A DNA stretch of 64,000 nucleotides, taken from a virus. Within the stretch, counting starts at the first letter, position 1; each line of letters opens with the position of its first letter. Where the stretch lies: IMG/VR virus record IMGVR_UViG_3300017750_000004; one strand, written 5' to 3'. This document shows, one piece after another, positions 29,512-38,547 of this stretch. The notes beneath the pieces were generated by a model. That model was not told the origin of the DNA, ran no database searches, and saw only the letters and a list, made by a program, of their open reading frames with translations. The translations under genes and the position numbers were made by a program.

Positions 29512-30699
29512 TTAGTCTCCTTCTGATTCTGGGGGCCTTCCGCCTTCGTCGGGATTTGCTGCGCTACCTGCTATGTTTTGAGGGACTCGAATTTCATCTT
29601 GTCCTTCTATTGTTTCATAGCCTAATTGATCCCGAGCTTCGTTAATTGTTATAATTCCTCCATTTACTAATGCTGTATAGTAAGCTGCAGCATCTCTAAG
29701 CTCGGGCTGCAGTGCAGGAATATCAGTTACATTTTCTGTAATATTAAATCCAAAGTATCGTGATAGTGCAAAATTAAGTTTTCGTACAATAGGTAAGATT
29801 GTTTCAAGATAGTACAATCTCATGTTTGGACGAAGATTTGCATTATTTCCAGAATCAAGAAGTATTGGAGGCACCCCTAACGATTTTAGAATTACTTTTT
29901 CATGTTCTAAAATTGCGTTCTGAAAATCTAATTCTTTAAAATTAGTAGTAGAGTAACTATCTATTTCTAATCCACCATCAAGAATTAAAGGCCGTCTGCC
30001 TCCTGAGTCTGGACGATAGCGCAGAGTCCAAGATTGAATCATGCGCTCTTTAATTTTTTCTGATAAAGTATTTGGAGATTTTAGTACCAATCCAGGAACT
30101 GCACCGTTCCTAAAAAAGTTATCTTGAAAGTCCCTCATATCTCTTACAAGCTGCATAGTTCTGGTCGCAGGCTTGAGTCTAGAAACTCCTCTATAAATTG
30201 AGTGAAAAGAGTTTTCTTTAATATGAATTATTTCGCTTACTTTATAATCAATATCTTGTAGAGTATACTTTTCTACAAAAGTGGAAGGATCTGCTTGTAC
30301 ACGTACTTTATCCGCAGGTAGATGGTAGAGGTGAGCACCATCAAAATAAATAAAAATATTTCCGTCAAGAAGATAATCAGTAATTAAGTTTCTTTTAAAA
30401 CTGCTAATATCTTGAAAAGGATTGGGAGTTCGATTTAGTAGTTCTTCTACCTTTCCTCGTTTTATTCCAGTTACGACACCCCTATAGGCGCCTTGAGTAC
30501 TAATTGTTGCAGGAATTTCTGCCGTGTCATCAACAATCATATTGACGCCACGATTTACTACTTCGAGCTGCTCATAAAAGCGCTCATATTGAGTAGTAAA
30601 CTCACGAGAACTTTCTGACTTACCCGTGTCTAGTATTTGACCAGGATTAAGTTTTTCCTCTATGTTCTCGGGCTGTTTCCAAAAATTATACCATGCCAT
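29512..30699 (-). CDS. Portal protein (HK97-type, T5 pb7-like)
   Basis: LLDGNIFIY, HIKENSFHSIYRGVSRL, FFRNGAVPGLVL, GVPPILL, ITINEARDQLGY. Confidence 0.93.
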   Translation of the reverse strand: MAWYNFWKQPENIEEKLNPGQILDTGKSESSREFTTQYERFYEQLEVVNRGVNMIVDDTAEIPATISTQGAYRGVVTGIKRGKVEELLNRTPNPFQDISSFKRNLITDYLLDGNIFIYFDGAHLYHLPADKVRVQADPSTFVEKYTLQDIDYKVSEIIHIKENSFHSIYRGVSRLKPATRTMQLVRDMRDFQDNFFRNGAVPGLVLKSPNTLSEKIKERMIQSWTLRYRPDSGGRRPLILDGGLEIDSYSTTNFKELDFQNAILEHEKVILKSLGVPPILLDSGNNANLRPNMRLYYLETILPIVRKLNFALSRYFGFNITENVTDIPALQPELRDAAAYYTALVNGGIITINEARDQLGYETIEGQDEIRVPQNIAGSAANPDEGGRPPESEGD

Positions 30700-31069
30700 G
30701 CTTTTCTCTTTGAATATCTACCCAGCGCATTTGTTTTGCCGCTGTACCAAGTCCTGGATTTCGTCCGTAAATTTTATGCAACTCTCTATGATGTGCATGA
30801 CATATAGTGACTGTGTGATCGTATAGCTCTGCCCAGTTATCCTCTATAAATTCATCTCTCCAAATAACTATATACTCATTTGTATAGTGCTCTGGCCTTT
30901 CTTGTGTTTTCTTCTTTAGCCATAAACGTAGAAGAGGGGCAAGAGAGTAAAAGTGGTGGAAGTCTAATTCTTTTTCTGTTCCACAGATGTAACACTCATT
31001 GTCTTTTTTGTACTTTGATTTTGCTCGGTCCCTTATGTACTTCACAGGGTCTCTTTTGAGCTTTTTCAT
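30686..31069 (-). CDS. HNH nicking endonuclease (T5 sci-like)
   Basis: RDRAKSKYKKDNECYICGT..ELDFHHF...TVTICHAHHRELHKIY. Start placed at ATG 31069 because the ORF-track TTG is the -35 box. Confidence 0.82.
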   Translation of the reverse strand: MKKLKRDPVKYIRDRAKSKYKKDNECYICGTEKELDFHHFYSLAPLLRLWLKKKTQERPEHYTNEYIVIWRDEFIEDNWAELYDHTVTICHAHHRELHKIYGRNPGLGTAAKQMRWVDIQREKHGMV

Positions 31070-31076
31070 ACTTTGC

Positions 31077-31105
31077 ATTATAGCCTCTGCAAGATAAATT
31101 GTCAA
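31077..31105 (-). promoter_or_regulatory. Sigma70 promoter, leaderless transcript
   Basis: TTGACA-17-TATAAT-7 nt-ATG. Confidence 0.8.
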
Positions 31106-31128
31106 ACATTATTTTTGGCTAGGGGTTG

Positions 31129-32433
31129 TTAGAAGCCGCTCTGACTTGTTTCAAACGAATACAATGCATAACGAAGCGCATCCGCCATATGAGATGCTTT
31201 ATTGTGCTTTGGTTTTTCTTTTGCTAAATTAGGGTTAGGATCCCACTGATATTGATCTAAGCATGACAAGGTTTCAGCGCATCGTTGATCGACAAATAAT
31301 TTGTCATTGTCTACAATCGCAGCTACATGTGCAATACCGTCCAGCACAGATTTCTTAGCGTTGCTTGTTGAAATATCGTATTGTAAAGCGAAGTCATATC
31401 GAGTTTGCTGTGCTGCGGAATCAATATAAATAAAATCGATATCCCATTTCTGCATTAATGTTTGTATTTCAGCGGCATGTTGTTCCGTTGTTTTTTCTGC
31501 ATCAAGATACTCATCTAATACATAGTACTGTTCTTCATCCCAATCATAACCAATTACACAAAAAGCAGTAGGATCACGGTAACCGACATCAAGGCCAGCA
31601 AATACATCCATATTAGTGGTATCCAATGCCTCATTGTTAGCGATACATTTTTCGTGGTCAAAATTCCAAATTTGTCCTTCATAAGTATTAAAATCTGCTT
31701 CATATTCTTGTCGAAATTCTGCTTCCGACATACTTTTACGTGCTTCGCTGATATCTAACTCACTCATGCGCGGGTTATCTCGATATGTTGCTCGTATTGA
31801 ACACCACTCAGCAAACTCATCATTAAACCCTCTATCAAAAAACTCGGCAAACCAGTTGTTCCTGCCCCTAGGGGTTGAGATAAAAATTGCTTTCGAATTA
31901 TCTTTATCCAATGTAGGTCGAAGTGCTACATTAAACGCATCACGTCCGTCTGCCAACGCCGCTTCGTCAAATATAATCAAATCGTAGCTACGACCTACAC
32001 AGGAATCAACTTGGTTTACTGAGCCCATTCTCACCGTTGAACCATTGCTCAACTCAATAACTTTATCTTTTGCATTGTCCTTTACTACTTCTAAATCAAA
32101 ATGCTTAATAAGATTTCTTTGTAAATCAAAAGAAATCTGAGACAGCGAATAGTTAGGAGACATTATAAGAATGTTTGAATTCGGAACTAGGGAGACTAGT
32201 TGGCCGATTATGTTTGCGATGTATGTCTTACCTTGTCTACGACTCACTGCGGCACATACAAATCTATATTTAGGATTATTAATCGCATTTATTATTGCTA
32301 CCTGAGAAGGTAGCGGAGTGATGCCGAGTAGCTCCAAATAGGGGTCTACTGGAAGTTTGAGGAAGCGTGTCTCAGATTGTAAATTATGCAGGACTTCGCC
32401 AGTGATATCAGCCCTGCTTATTTGTATTGTCAT
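31129..32433 (-). CDS. terL: Terminase large subunit
   Basis: Walker A SRRQGKT, Walker B LIIFDEA, ISTPRG, nuclease GLDVGYRDPTA and HMADALRYA. Confidence 0.95.
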   Translation of the reverse strand: MTIQISRADITGEVLHNLQSETRFLKLPVDPYLELLGITPLPSQVAIINAINNPKYRFVCAAVSRRQGKTYIANIIGQLVSLVPNSNILIMSPNYSLSQISFDLQRNLIKHFDLEVVKDNAKDKVIELSNGSTVRMGSVNQVDSCVGRSYDLIIFDEAALADGRDAFNVALRPTLDKDNSKAIFISTPRGRNNWFAEFFDRGFNDEFAEWCSIRATYRDNPRMSELDISEARKSMSEAEFRQEYEADFNTYEGQIWNFDHEKCIANNEALDTTNMDVFAGLDVGYRDPTAFCVIGYDWDEEQYYVLDEYLDAEKTTEQHAAEIQTLMQKWDIDFIYIDSAAQQTRYDFALQYDISTSNAKKSVLDGIAHVAAIVDNDKLFVDQRCAETLSCLDQYQWDPNPNLAKEKPKHNKASHMADALRYALYSFETSQSGF

Positions 32434-32435
32434 GT

Positions 32436-32807
32436 TTACTGCTCTACTTTTGTTGCATCTCGATAGTAGATAATTATTTCTTTCTGCTGGCGTATATACC
32501 TACGAAGTTCTTGTAAATTAAATGCCATATTTTCATAGTCTTGAGGAGTTAATCCAAAGATTACAAAGGTTCCGTCCTGCATTTTACTTATACGAGCAAT
32601 CTGCTCTTCTAAATTTTTTTCTGTGACTACAAAAAATTCTACATCCTGTAAATCTATTTTTCTAGGAAGTTGAGGCTGATAGATATCCAGTGTTTTATAT
32701 TCTGTTACAGTTTTTATGACCGGCTCGGGGATTGGTAGAGGGTCATTTTTCAAAAAAGAACACCCAGATAAAAATAGTATAGCTAAAAAACTAGTTAATA
32801 TCCGCAT
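32436..32807 (-). CDS. Outer-membrane spanin (lipoprotein)
   Basis: Lipobox LFLSGC after a hydrophobic signal; overlaps the i-spanin gene. Confidence 0.75.
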   Translation of the reverse strand: MRILTSFLAILFLSGCSFLKNDPLPIPEPVIKTVTEYKTLDIYQPQLPRKIDLQDVEFFVVTEKNLEEQIARISKMQDGTFVIFGLTPQDYENMAFNLQELRRYIRQQKEIIIYYRDATKVEQ

Positions 32808-33213
32808 TTTGCACCTCTTCACTATCTTTTTCTATCTGTTCAAAAACTTTTTTTGTGCCGTTGTTAATACGCGGTTCCACCATCCCGGGCTTTGCTCGGG
32901 CGAGTCTAGTGAGATCATGCCTTTTGAAGATAGACAAGTAGTCATCCATCTCTGCCTGCATTTCATTATTTGCTTCAGTAAGTTTTCCAACGGCTTCTAA
33001 TTGTACTCTTAAATTATTTTCTGCTTGTTCTCTTGAAGCGGTTTCTGTTTCCAAGGCTGTTTCTAGCTTTGATGTATTTTCTTTTAAGGTTACATTATTT
33101 GCTTCAAGCTGTGCGATTGTTGCTTCTGCCTTACTCACAGTTGTAGTATGGTATGCATATGCACCTCCAGCTACAACTAACATAAGCGGCATGGCTTTTA
33201 TTAGTCCTAACAT
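32791..33213 (-). CDS. Inner-membrane spanin
   Basis: N-terminal TM followed by a long coiled-coil; LARAKPGMVEPRINNGT motif. Confidence 0.75.
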   Translation of the reverse strand: MLGLIKAMPLMLVVAGGAYAYHTTTVSKAEATIAQLEANNVTLKENTSKLETALETETASREQAENNLRVQLEAVGKLTEANNEMQAEMDDYLSIFKRHDLTRLARAKPGMVEPRINNGTKKVFEQIEKDSEEVQNADIN

Positions 33214-33512
33214 TAGTATATTTTCCTTAAATCATAGCCCACAGGATTTACAACTTTTATTTCATGTTTTACACCGAGCAAATCTACAAAAATTATATGA
33301 GTAGTAGAAATCTTTTTCAACTCCTTTGCTCTGTAAGTTTTAGGGGCTCCGGTTTCTATTCGCGAACCGTCCTCTAAAAATTTTACCTCTCCAGGAAAGA
33401 AAACTGTTAATTCCCATTCTTCCCGTATAAGTGTACGCCACCAATGTTTAATTTTTGCCCAAAGGCCAACAGTTACTAATTCTTCTTCTTGCTTTTGTTC
33501 AATATTAGTCAT
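33213..33512 (-). CDS. Hypothetical protein
   Basis: 99 aa from ATG 33512, coupled to its neighbours. Confidence 0.55.
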   Translation of the reverse strand: MTNIEQKQEEELVTVGLWAKIKHWWRTLIREEWELTVFFPGEVKFLEDGSRIETGAPKTYRAKELKKISTTHIIFVDLLGVKHEIKVVNPVGYDLRKIY

Positions 33513-34065
33513 TTTTTCTATGCCTATTCCAAGCGAGGAACCCACATAGTCCTAACGACCAGTAGGCCAAATAATTTAATACTTTGAATCCGTTCTGCTC
33601 TATACAAATATCTCGAAAAAGAATATCCATTTCTTTTTGTGTTTTTGCTACAGTTTCCTTGTTTTTTGATTTTACCAGTTCAGCGTACTTATACCCATAA
33701 TCGTGAACAAGACCACCCATAAGCAAGACTCCAACGGGCGAAAGCCACATTGCAAGAAACTTAGGTACTGATGCACCATCGAATTCAAAACCCTTTTCAA
33801 TAACATACTCTTCTCCGTTTAGGAAGAAGTAGAAATCTTCTACAGTTTCCCATCGTCGAGTTCCAGTCAGCCATAGCCAAATTGAACCCCAGAATTTTTT
33901 AGTTGCAGTATCAATTAGTATAGGTCTCATGATTGGCATTTCTGTATACTTAAAGTTTACACGAGACTCTCCTTGTCCGTCAAAAATACTAATCACAAAA
34001 CCTATAAGAATAATGGCAGCCACAACTACTGGCTGCCAGAATGTTACCATCAGATCAAGAATCAC
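33505..34065 (-). CDS. DUF1353-like protein
   Basis: IEKGFEFDGASVPKF...GLVHDYGY...KEMDILF motif. Confidence 0.75.
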   Translation of the reverse strand: MILDLMVTFWQPVVVAAIILIGFVISIFDGQGESRVNFKYTEMPIMRPILIDTATKKFWGSIWLWLTGTRRWETVEDFYFFLNGEEYVIEKGFEFDGASVPKFLAMWLSPVGVLLMGGLVHDYGYKYAELVKSKNKETVAKTQKEMDILFRDICIEQNGFKVLNYLAYWSLGLCGFLAWNRHRKND

Positions 34066-34397
34066 TTTTTACTCCAAGCAGTAGCTCCGAAGAATGCTGC
34101 AACAAGACCCGCTACAGCCACAAAATAGGTCGGGGCCATGTCTCCAAGGACATCAGCGGCATGCTCATATCCAGCAACTTGAGCACCAACAACAGCGAAA
34201 GGATATACCAACATGCCAAGCAAAGCAAACCAAGCCATGTTTCTTTGGGCGTCTCGCATTGCATCGGCATCTTCTAGCTCCCTTCGTCGAAACTCTAGTT
34301 CCATTTCGTATTCTTCTTTGGACAAATGACCATCACCATTGATGTCCATTCTTTTAATAACTTCTTTATCCGCTGTTACTACTTCTTCATCTGCCAT
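34062..34397 (-). CDS. EF-hand-containing two-TM membrane protein (holin candidate)
   Basis: Canonical loop DINGDGHLSKEE; two hydrophobic helices at the C-terminus. Confidence 0.6.
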   Translation of the reverse strand: MADEEVVTADKEVIKRMDINGDGHLSKEEYEMELEFRRRELEDADAMRDAQRNMAWFALLGMLVYPFAVVGAQVAGYEHAADVLGDMAPTYFVAVAGLVAAFFGATAWSKK

Positions 34398-34406
34398 GGT
34401 ATATCT

Positions 34407-34808
34407 CTATAGAGAGCAGACACTCCCCTCTTCGGATGAGTCGAATCGATTATCGCCACATCCATATTTTCCATCATTATCAGTATCACACGCCTGTTGC
34501 CATGTAATCATGTCAAAGGTCAAACCTTCGCTCCAAGGAACATAGGCTTTACACCATTCATGAGACCCAGGTTGAAAAGGATCTTGTGGTTCTGGTACGT
34601 AGTCTCTAGATGTCCAAGGCTTTTGTACACGAAAAAACGTGTCCTTGTTTTTCATTAGCTGTCTTTTAAACAGCGCACTGCGAGTATTACTGATATAGAT
34701 TTCTTGCCCTTCCTTAAGCGTGTACGTTGATCCATCATCGTAGTTAATAACGGTTTCTGCTGCTACAGTGGTTGAGATAATAGCTAGCAGAGCTAAAAAA
34801 TATTTCAT
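34407..34808 (-). CDS. Secreted / periplasmic hypothetical protein
   Basis: Signal peptide MKYFLALLAIISTTVAA; four Cys; RBS GGAG. Confidence 0.6.
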   Translation of the reverse strand: MKYFLALLAIISTTVAAETVINYDDGSTYTLKEGQEIYISNTRSALFKRQLMKNKDTFFRVQKPWTSRDYVPEPQDPFQPGSHEWCKAYVPWSEGLTFDMITWQQACDTDNDGKYGCGDNRFDSSEEGSVCSL

Positions 34809-34816
34809 AGTATCTC

Positions 34817-35122
34817 CTACCATTTTACTTTATTTGCCCAGTATGCCGCACTCATCTTGCCTCGAGCAATGTTTCTGCGGTGTCGGGCTTTGAATGAAGC
34901 ACGCTTCTTTTTCATGCGTGCACTTTCTCCCCTTTTAGGCTTCCCTGCAGTTTTGGCTCCTTGCTGGCCAAAACGAATAGTCTTGACCTTACTTCCTACT
35001 TTAGCCACAACAATGTGTGACTTTTTCGGATGGCTAGGAGTACGCTTTGGCTTGTTGTAGCCTGCTACTCCTGCCCTCTTTAATCTTGAGTCTCTTTTTT
35101 TACCTTTCCTTTTTGCGGCCAT
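34817..35122 (-). CDS. Small highly basic protein
   Basis: 101 aa K/R-rich; KVKTIRFGQQGA...SAAYWANKVKW. Confidence 0.7.
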   Translation of the reverse strand: MAAKRKGKKRDSRLKRAGVAGYNKPKRTPSHPKKSHIVVAKVGSKVKTIRFGQQGAKTAGKPKRGESARMKKKRASFKARHRRNIARGKMSAAYWANKVKW

Positions 35123-35310
35123 TATGCTATATAATCCAAATACCGAATATTAGTAAATACATCTAATTTTCCGGCCCTGTCATAAGTAGTTACAGTATAA
35201 ATTGTATCTGTTATTTTATACTTATTGTCCTCTACCTTAGCAACTGTTTGAGTTGAATACTCTTTTGAAAAAGAAGTAGGAATTGCACTAATAGCAGAAA
35301 CTTCGCTCAC
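35122..35310 (-). CDS. Hypothetical protein
   Basis: 62 aa ORF coupled to both neighbours. Confidence 0.55.
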   Translation of the reverse strand: MSEVSAISAIPTSFSKEYSTQTVAKVEDNKYKITDTIYTVTTYDRAGKLDVFTNIRYLDYIA

Positions 35311-35588
35311 TTTTTTCTACCTTTTCTTTTACCCTTTTTAGCAAAAGTTCGTACCATAGTTGGTTTTCCGCGTACTCCTTGAGCCTTTGATCTTTTTCGG
35401 CGAACAGCAGAACGAATCTGTGATTTTGACATGCTTGCTGCTTTAGAAGCAGGAACGCACTTAGGATACCCCTTGCGTCCTTTTTTAGCTTTTTTACGGC
35501 CACATTTTGCATAGCCCCCGCTCTTCTTTGGACGACTAATATCTACCCAGCTCTCTTTGAACCATTTTGTAAGTCCACCTTTAGCCAC
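35307..35588 (-). CDS. Small highly basic protein
   Basis: GLTKWFKESWVDI...CGRK...YPKCVP; GTG start. Confidence 0.7.
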   Translation of the reverse strand: MAKGGLTKWFKESWVDISRPKKSGGYAKCGRKKAKKGRKGYPKCVPASKAASMSKSQIRSAVRRKRSKAQGVRGKPTMVRTFAKKGKRKGRKK

Positions 35589-35760
35589 GACGGTATCTCC
35601 CTCCTGCTTTTTTATACTCTCGTACTAAATAAGCATTTGCATATGCGCTCGGATAAACTGCAAACTTTCTTTTAGTTTTTGCTTTTATTCTGGCGTATAG
35701 TTTTTTATTTGTAGGAATATTTTTAGTTTTTCTAGCTGCCTTTTTTCGTCTAGCTGCCAT
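35581..35760 (-). CDS. Small highly basic protein (59 aa, below ORF-track cutoff)
   Basis: MAARRKKAARKTKNIPTNKKLYARIKAKTKRKFAVYPSAYANAYLVREYKKAGGRYRRG; RBS AAGG. Confidence 0.7.
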   Translation of the reverse strand: MAARRKKAARKTKNIPTNKKLYARIKAKTKRKFAVYPSAYANAYLVREYKKAGGRYRRG

Positions 35761-35860
35761 CCTTATTCTCTTCAGCTAAAGAAGGAAGCAAGTGCTTCCA
35801 CTTAGCCCACGCCACATGAGCGAACCACCCAATTACACCTCCTATTGCTAAATCAATCAC
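35750..35860 (-). CDS. 36 aa membrane peptide
   Basis: GAGG RBS, GTG start: MIDLAIGGVIGWFAHVAWAKWKHLLPSLAEENKDGS. Confidence 0.5.
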   Translation of the reverse strand: MIDLAIGGVIGWFAHVAWAKWKHLLPSLAEENKDGS

Positions 35861-36018
35861 TTTTTACCTCGCTTTTTCTTCTTCATAAGTGCAGCTCTTA
35901 GTGCGGGAGGAAGTTTCTTTTGCTTGGCAGATAAACCCTTGCCCATAGCCTTTTTCTTTTTTCCTTTTTTGGCGGGTCGTCCTCTTTTCTTTCCGTAAGT
36001 ACCTTTTCCTGATGGCAT
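35857..36018 (-). CDS. Small highly basic protein (53 aa)
   Basis: MPSGKGTYGKKRGRPAKKGKKKKAMGKGLSAKQKKLPPALRAALMKKKKRGKK. Confidence 0.65.
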   Translation of the reverse strand: MPSGKGTYGKKRGRPAKKGKKKKAMGKGLSAKQKKLPPALRAALMKKKKRGKK

Positions 36019-36042
36019 TAGTTTTCTCATGCGCTTTTGCGG

Positions 36043-36252
36043 CTATGGAAGATATGAATAATTGTCCTTCCAATTTTGTAGTTCATCAAAATAACAATCA
36101 TGCTGTTGACTTTTTGCCCAGCATAGTTCTTGAATGATACGATTGTACCATTGTTTATCGTAATCATCATGAGCATTTTCCTGGTCTTGTTTAAGCTGGG
36201 CAATTCTCATGTTAATATACTTTTCAAAATCTGGGCTTCGTCCTCTTTTCAT
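36043..36252 (-). CDS. Hypothetical protein
   Basis: 69 aa ORF overlapping the upstream stop. Confidence 0.55.
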   Translation of the reverse strand: MKRGRSPDFEKYINMRIAQLKQDQENAHDDYDKQWYNRIIQELCWAKSQQHDCYFDELQNWKDNYSYLP

Positions 36253-36455
36253 TACATTACCTGTGCTACTATTAACCCTAATAAAAACATTATAATTATT
36301 CCGGAGGCTGCAATAATTCTACCTTCCATTCGAGCAAGTGTATCTTCTACGCTTTCCATTCTCTCAAATATGGTTTTCCATCTTTCTTCACACTGAGTGG
36401 CATGAACTTGTAGCTCGTTCTCAATATGATTAACTTGCTTTTCTAATTCATTCAT
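36252..36455 (-). CDS. Coiled-coil plus C-terminal TM protein (XhlA/holin-like)
   Basis: MNELEKQVNHIE...HATQCEERWK...IIAASGIIIMFLLGLIV. Confidence 0.55.
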   Translation of the reverse strand: MNELEKQVNHIENELQVHATQCEERWKTIFERMESVEDTLARMEGRIIAASGIIIMFLLGLIVAQVM

Positions 36456-36877
36456 TTTAGTATAGTCAATATGAGAAATAGTGCGGGCACAAAAACAACT
36501 AAACCGCACACAAAGTAAAAACAATACAATAAAGTTTGCATCAATTCTTCGTGGGCTTCTCTAGCTTCTTTTTCTGCTTTGGCTCTTTCTTCTTTGGCTT
36601 GTTTTTGAAAGGCTAGCCAGTCATCCCACATTCCTGGGCGACCTGCCCAGATCATTTGTTGTTTTAGGTGGTCCTCCATTTCCTTGATCTTCTCAAGTTC
36701 CATGAAGGCTTCCATATCGCTTTTATATCCGTTTTTATTAGACTTTTTTTGAAGCGAAGTTTTACTATCAAAAAACTGTGATACAACTCCTGCAACATCA
36801 TAAAGCTCTTTACCGTTGCCGATAGCTTCTTTAAGTACACCAAAAGCAGCATTTGCAATCGCAATTTCTGCAAGCAT
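36452..36877 (-). CDS. Hypothetical membrane-anchored protein
   Basis: 141 aa, coiled-coil and C-terminal TM. Confidence 0.6.
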   Translation of the reverse strand: MLAEIAIANAAFGVLKEAIGNGKELYDVAGVVSQFFDSKTSLQKKSNKNGYKSDMEAFMELEKIKEMEDHLKQQMIWAGRPGMWDDWLAFQKQAKEERAKAEKEAREAHEELMQTLLYCFYFVCGLVVFVPALFLILTILK

Positions 36878-36892
36878 GGAGCTTTCTCTAGG

Positions 36893-37354
36893 TTATCCCT
36901 CCTTGAGAAGTTTCTCCATCAGCTTTCCATAGTTTCCTTGGCCGAAGGGTAAACTCTCGTTATTAATTTGTACGTTATTTTGAGTTTTTATGTTTGTGGT
37001 CTCTGCTTTAGTCAGTTCAGCTTGTGCTTTAATTTCATCCATTCTCATTCGGTGAGCCATCTGCAGTAGATCAGCCAAGTCTTTATTAGAGTACACTCCT
37101 GTTTCTTGTGCTTCTTCAAGCTTACTTTGTATCATTTCATCAAGAACAGTAGCAATGTTGTTTTTGTTACGATACCCCATATCAAGATATACAGTATCAA
37201 TATACTTTTTTACTTCACGTTTATTTAAAAGTTCAACTACTTTTTCTTCGGCAACTTGCATCATTTCACATACTGCTCGAATATTTCCAAATTGCAAATA
37301 ACAGTTTGCTACTTCAAGTCCCTCAGGGGATATTGTGGTTACTTCTTTGCCCAT
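36893..37354 (-). CDS. terS: Terminase small subunit (T5-type)
   Basis: SPEGLEVANCYLQ...EVKKYIDTVYLDMGYRN...LDEMIQSKLEEAQETG..SNKDLADLLQMAHRMRMDE parallels T5 TerS. Confidence 0.88.
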   Translation of the reverse strand: MGKEVTTISPEGLEVANCYLQFGNIRAVCEMMQVAEEKVVELLNKREVKKYIDTVYLDMGYRNKNNIATVLDEMIQSKLEEAQETGVYSNKDLADLLQMAHRMRMDEIKAQAELTKAETTNIKTQNNVQINNESLPFGQGNYGKLMEKLLKEG

Positions 37355-37360
37355 TCTCGT

Positions 37361-37389
37361 ATTCTACTTTAAAAGGGTTGTAATGTCAA
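37361..37389 (-). promoter_or_regulatory. Sigma70 promoter, leaderless terS transcript
   Basis: TTGACA-17-TAGAAT-6 nt-ATG. Confidence 0.8.
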
Positions 37390-37419
37390 GATATATTTTT
37401 GCGAGGTGTCGAAAAATAT

Positions 37420-37932
37420 TTAAAAAACCAATATTTCTAAAATTGTGCCGTCAGGAAGTGCAGGCCACTCGATATCTTCTAAAGACCTAATTGTTGGATC
37501 AGGAGTTTGAAAATGAATTGGAAAATTTCGAAGGGAATTTCTGTAATTTCTCCAAGAAGCTTTTACGGTTTCTTCCATTGGATTATCAAGAGTTTGAGTC
37601 CAATCACACATATGAAGTCTATGATTTCTTTCCTCTCTTAATTCTGCTAAAAATGTATTCCAATTTTGCTGCCACTCTTCTTCTTGTATATTCCATTCAT
37701 AATACTTAGTTGGAGGAGCCCCTCTATGTACCCAAGCTCCCTCTTTTCGATAAAACTCTTCGTGTATAGTTAGAGTGTTGTCGTAATTACGCCAATCTTC
37801 TGTCCGAAGATGAATTGTTTCTATTCCGTCAGCAATACCCTCAGGAGGTATATGCCCGGGAGCAAACCCTATAGACTGTATCTGTCCCGTAGCAACATCT
37901 ACCTTTGCTATATATTTTACAATTAGTTCCAT
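37420..37932 (-). CDS. Tail fibre assembly chaperone-like protein
   Basis: LREERNHRLHMCDWTQ..D......WRNYRNSLRNFP motif. Confidence 0.78.
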   Translation of the reverse strand: MELIVKYIAKVDVATGQIQSIGFAPGHIPPEGIADGIETIHLRTEDWRNYDNTLTIHEEFYRKEGAWVHRGAPPTKYYEWNIQEEEWQQNWNTFLAELREERNHRLHMCDWTQTLDNPMEETVKASWRNYRNSLRNFPIHFQTPDPTIRSLEDIEWPALPDGTILEILVF

Positions 37933-37933
37933 A

Positions 37934-38545
37934 TTACCCCCTTAATTTTATTACTGCTAGTGTTCCCATATTTGGAAGAACGTAATCCCAGTTGAACTGA
38001 CCCGTAGCAAAAAGTCTTCCCCTATAACTTATCCCACCCGTACTAAAAGTATATCCATTCATATAATTATTTGCTCCTCCATAAAACATAAAATCAATAC
38101 TTACATATACGTTTGAAGGTGACCCAGCCCAAACAGAATTTGTAGAATTATTTGTCCTTAAGTCTCCTTTATCATATATTGCTTGAAAATCCACAGTACT
38201 TGCTGCTTTCCTTGTAGAAAACATTAACCCCCCTGAGCCGCTAAAAATTTCTAATCCATACGTTCCTGCGTTAGTTATATTACTTGTACTTGAACTTGTA
38301 AATTCTGCAGATACATAAGAAATTGTTTGTCCAGACCTATTCGTAAGTACCCCGTTGCTAGTATTTCCAAATAAATTTCCAGTGTTTACTCGGCCGAAAG
38401 TAACAGTGTTATTAGGAGGGGTAAAAGTACCATTATTAGATATCGTGCCAGATCCTGTAATAACTAAAGTTTGGCCTCCATCAAAGTTATCAGTATCGAA
38501 TATCAACTGATTATTAGCCCCGTAAAACTCTAATCCATATGCCAT
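37934..38545 (-). CDS. Tail-tip / receptor-binding-associated protein
   Basis: Two YGLE(F/I) repeats, as in RBP-adjacent tail proteins. Confidence 0.55.
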   Translation of the reverse strand: MAYGLEFYGANNQLIFDTDNFDGGQTLVITGSGTISNNGTFTPPNNTVTFGRVNTGNLFGNTSNGVLTNRSGQTISYVSAEFTSSSTSNITNAGTYGLEIFSGSGGLMFSTRKAASTVDFQAIYDKGDLRTNNSTNSVWAGSPSNVYVSIDFMFYGGANNYMNGYTFSTGGISYRGRLFATGQFNWDYVLPNMGTLAVIKLRG

Positions 38546-38547
38546 AG

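Noticed and set aside
36-36873. Numerous plus-strand ORFs opposite structural genes
   Set aside because: They are antisense shadows of long minus-strand genes with no RBS or motifs.
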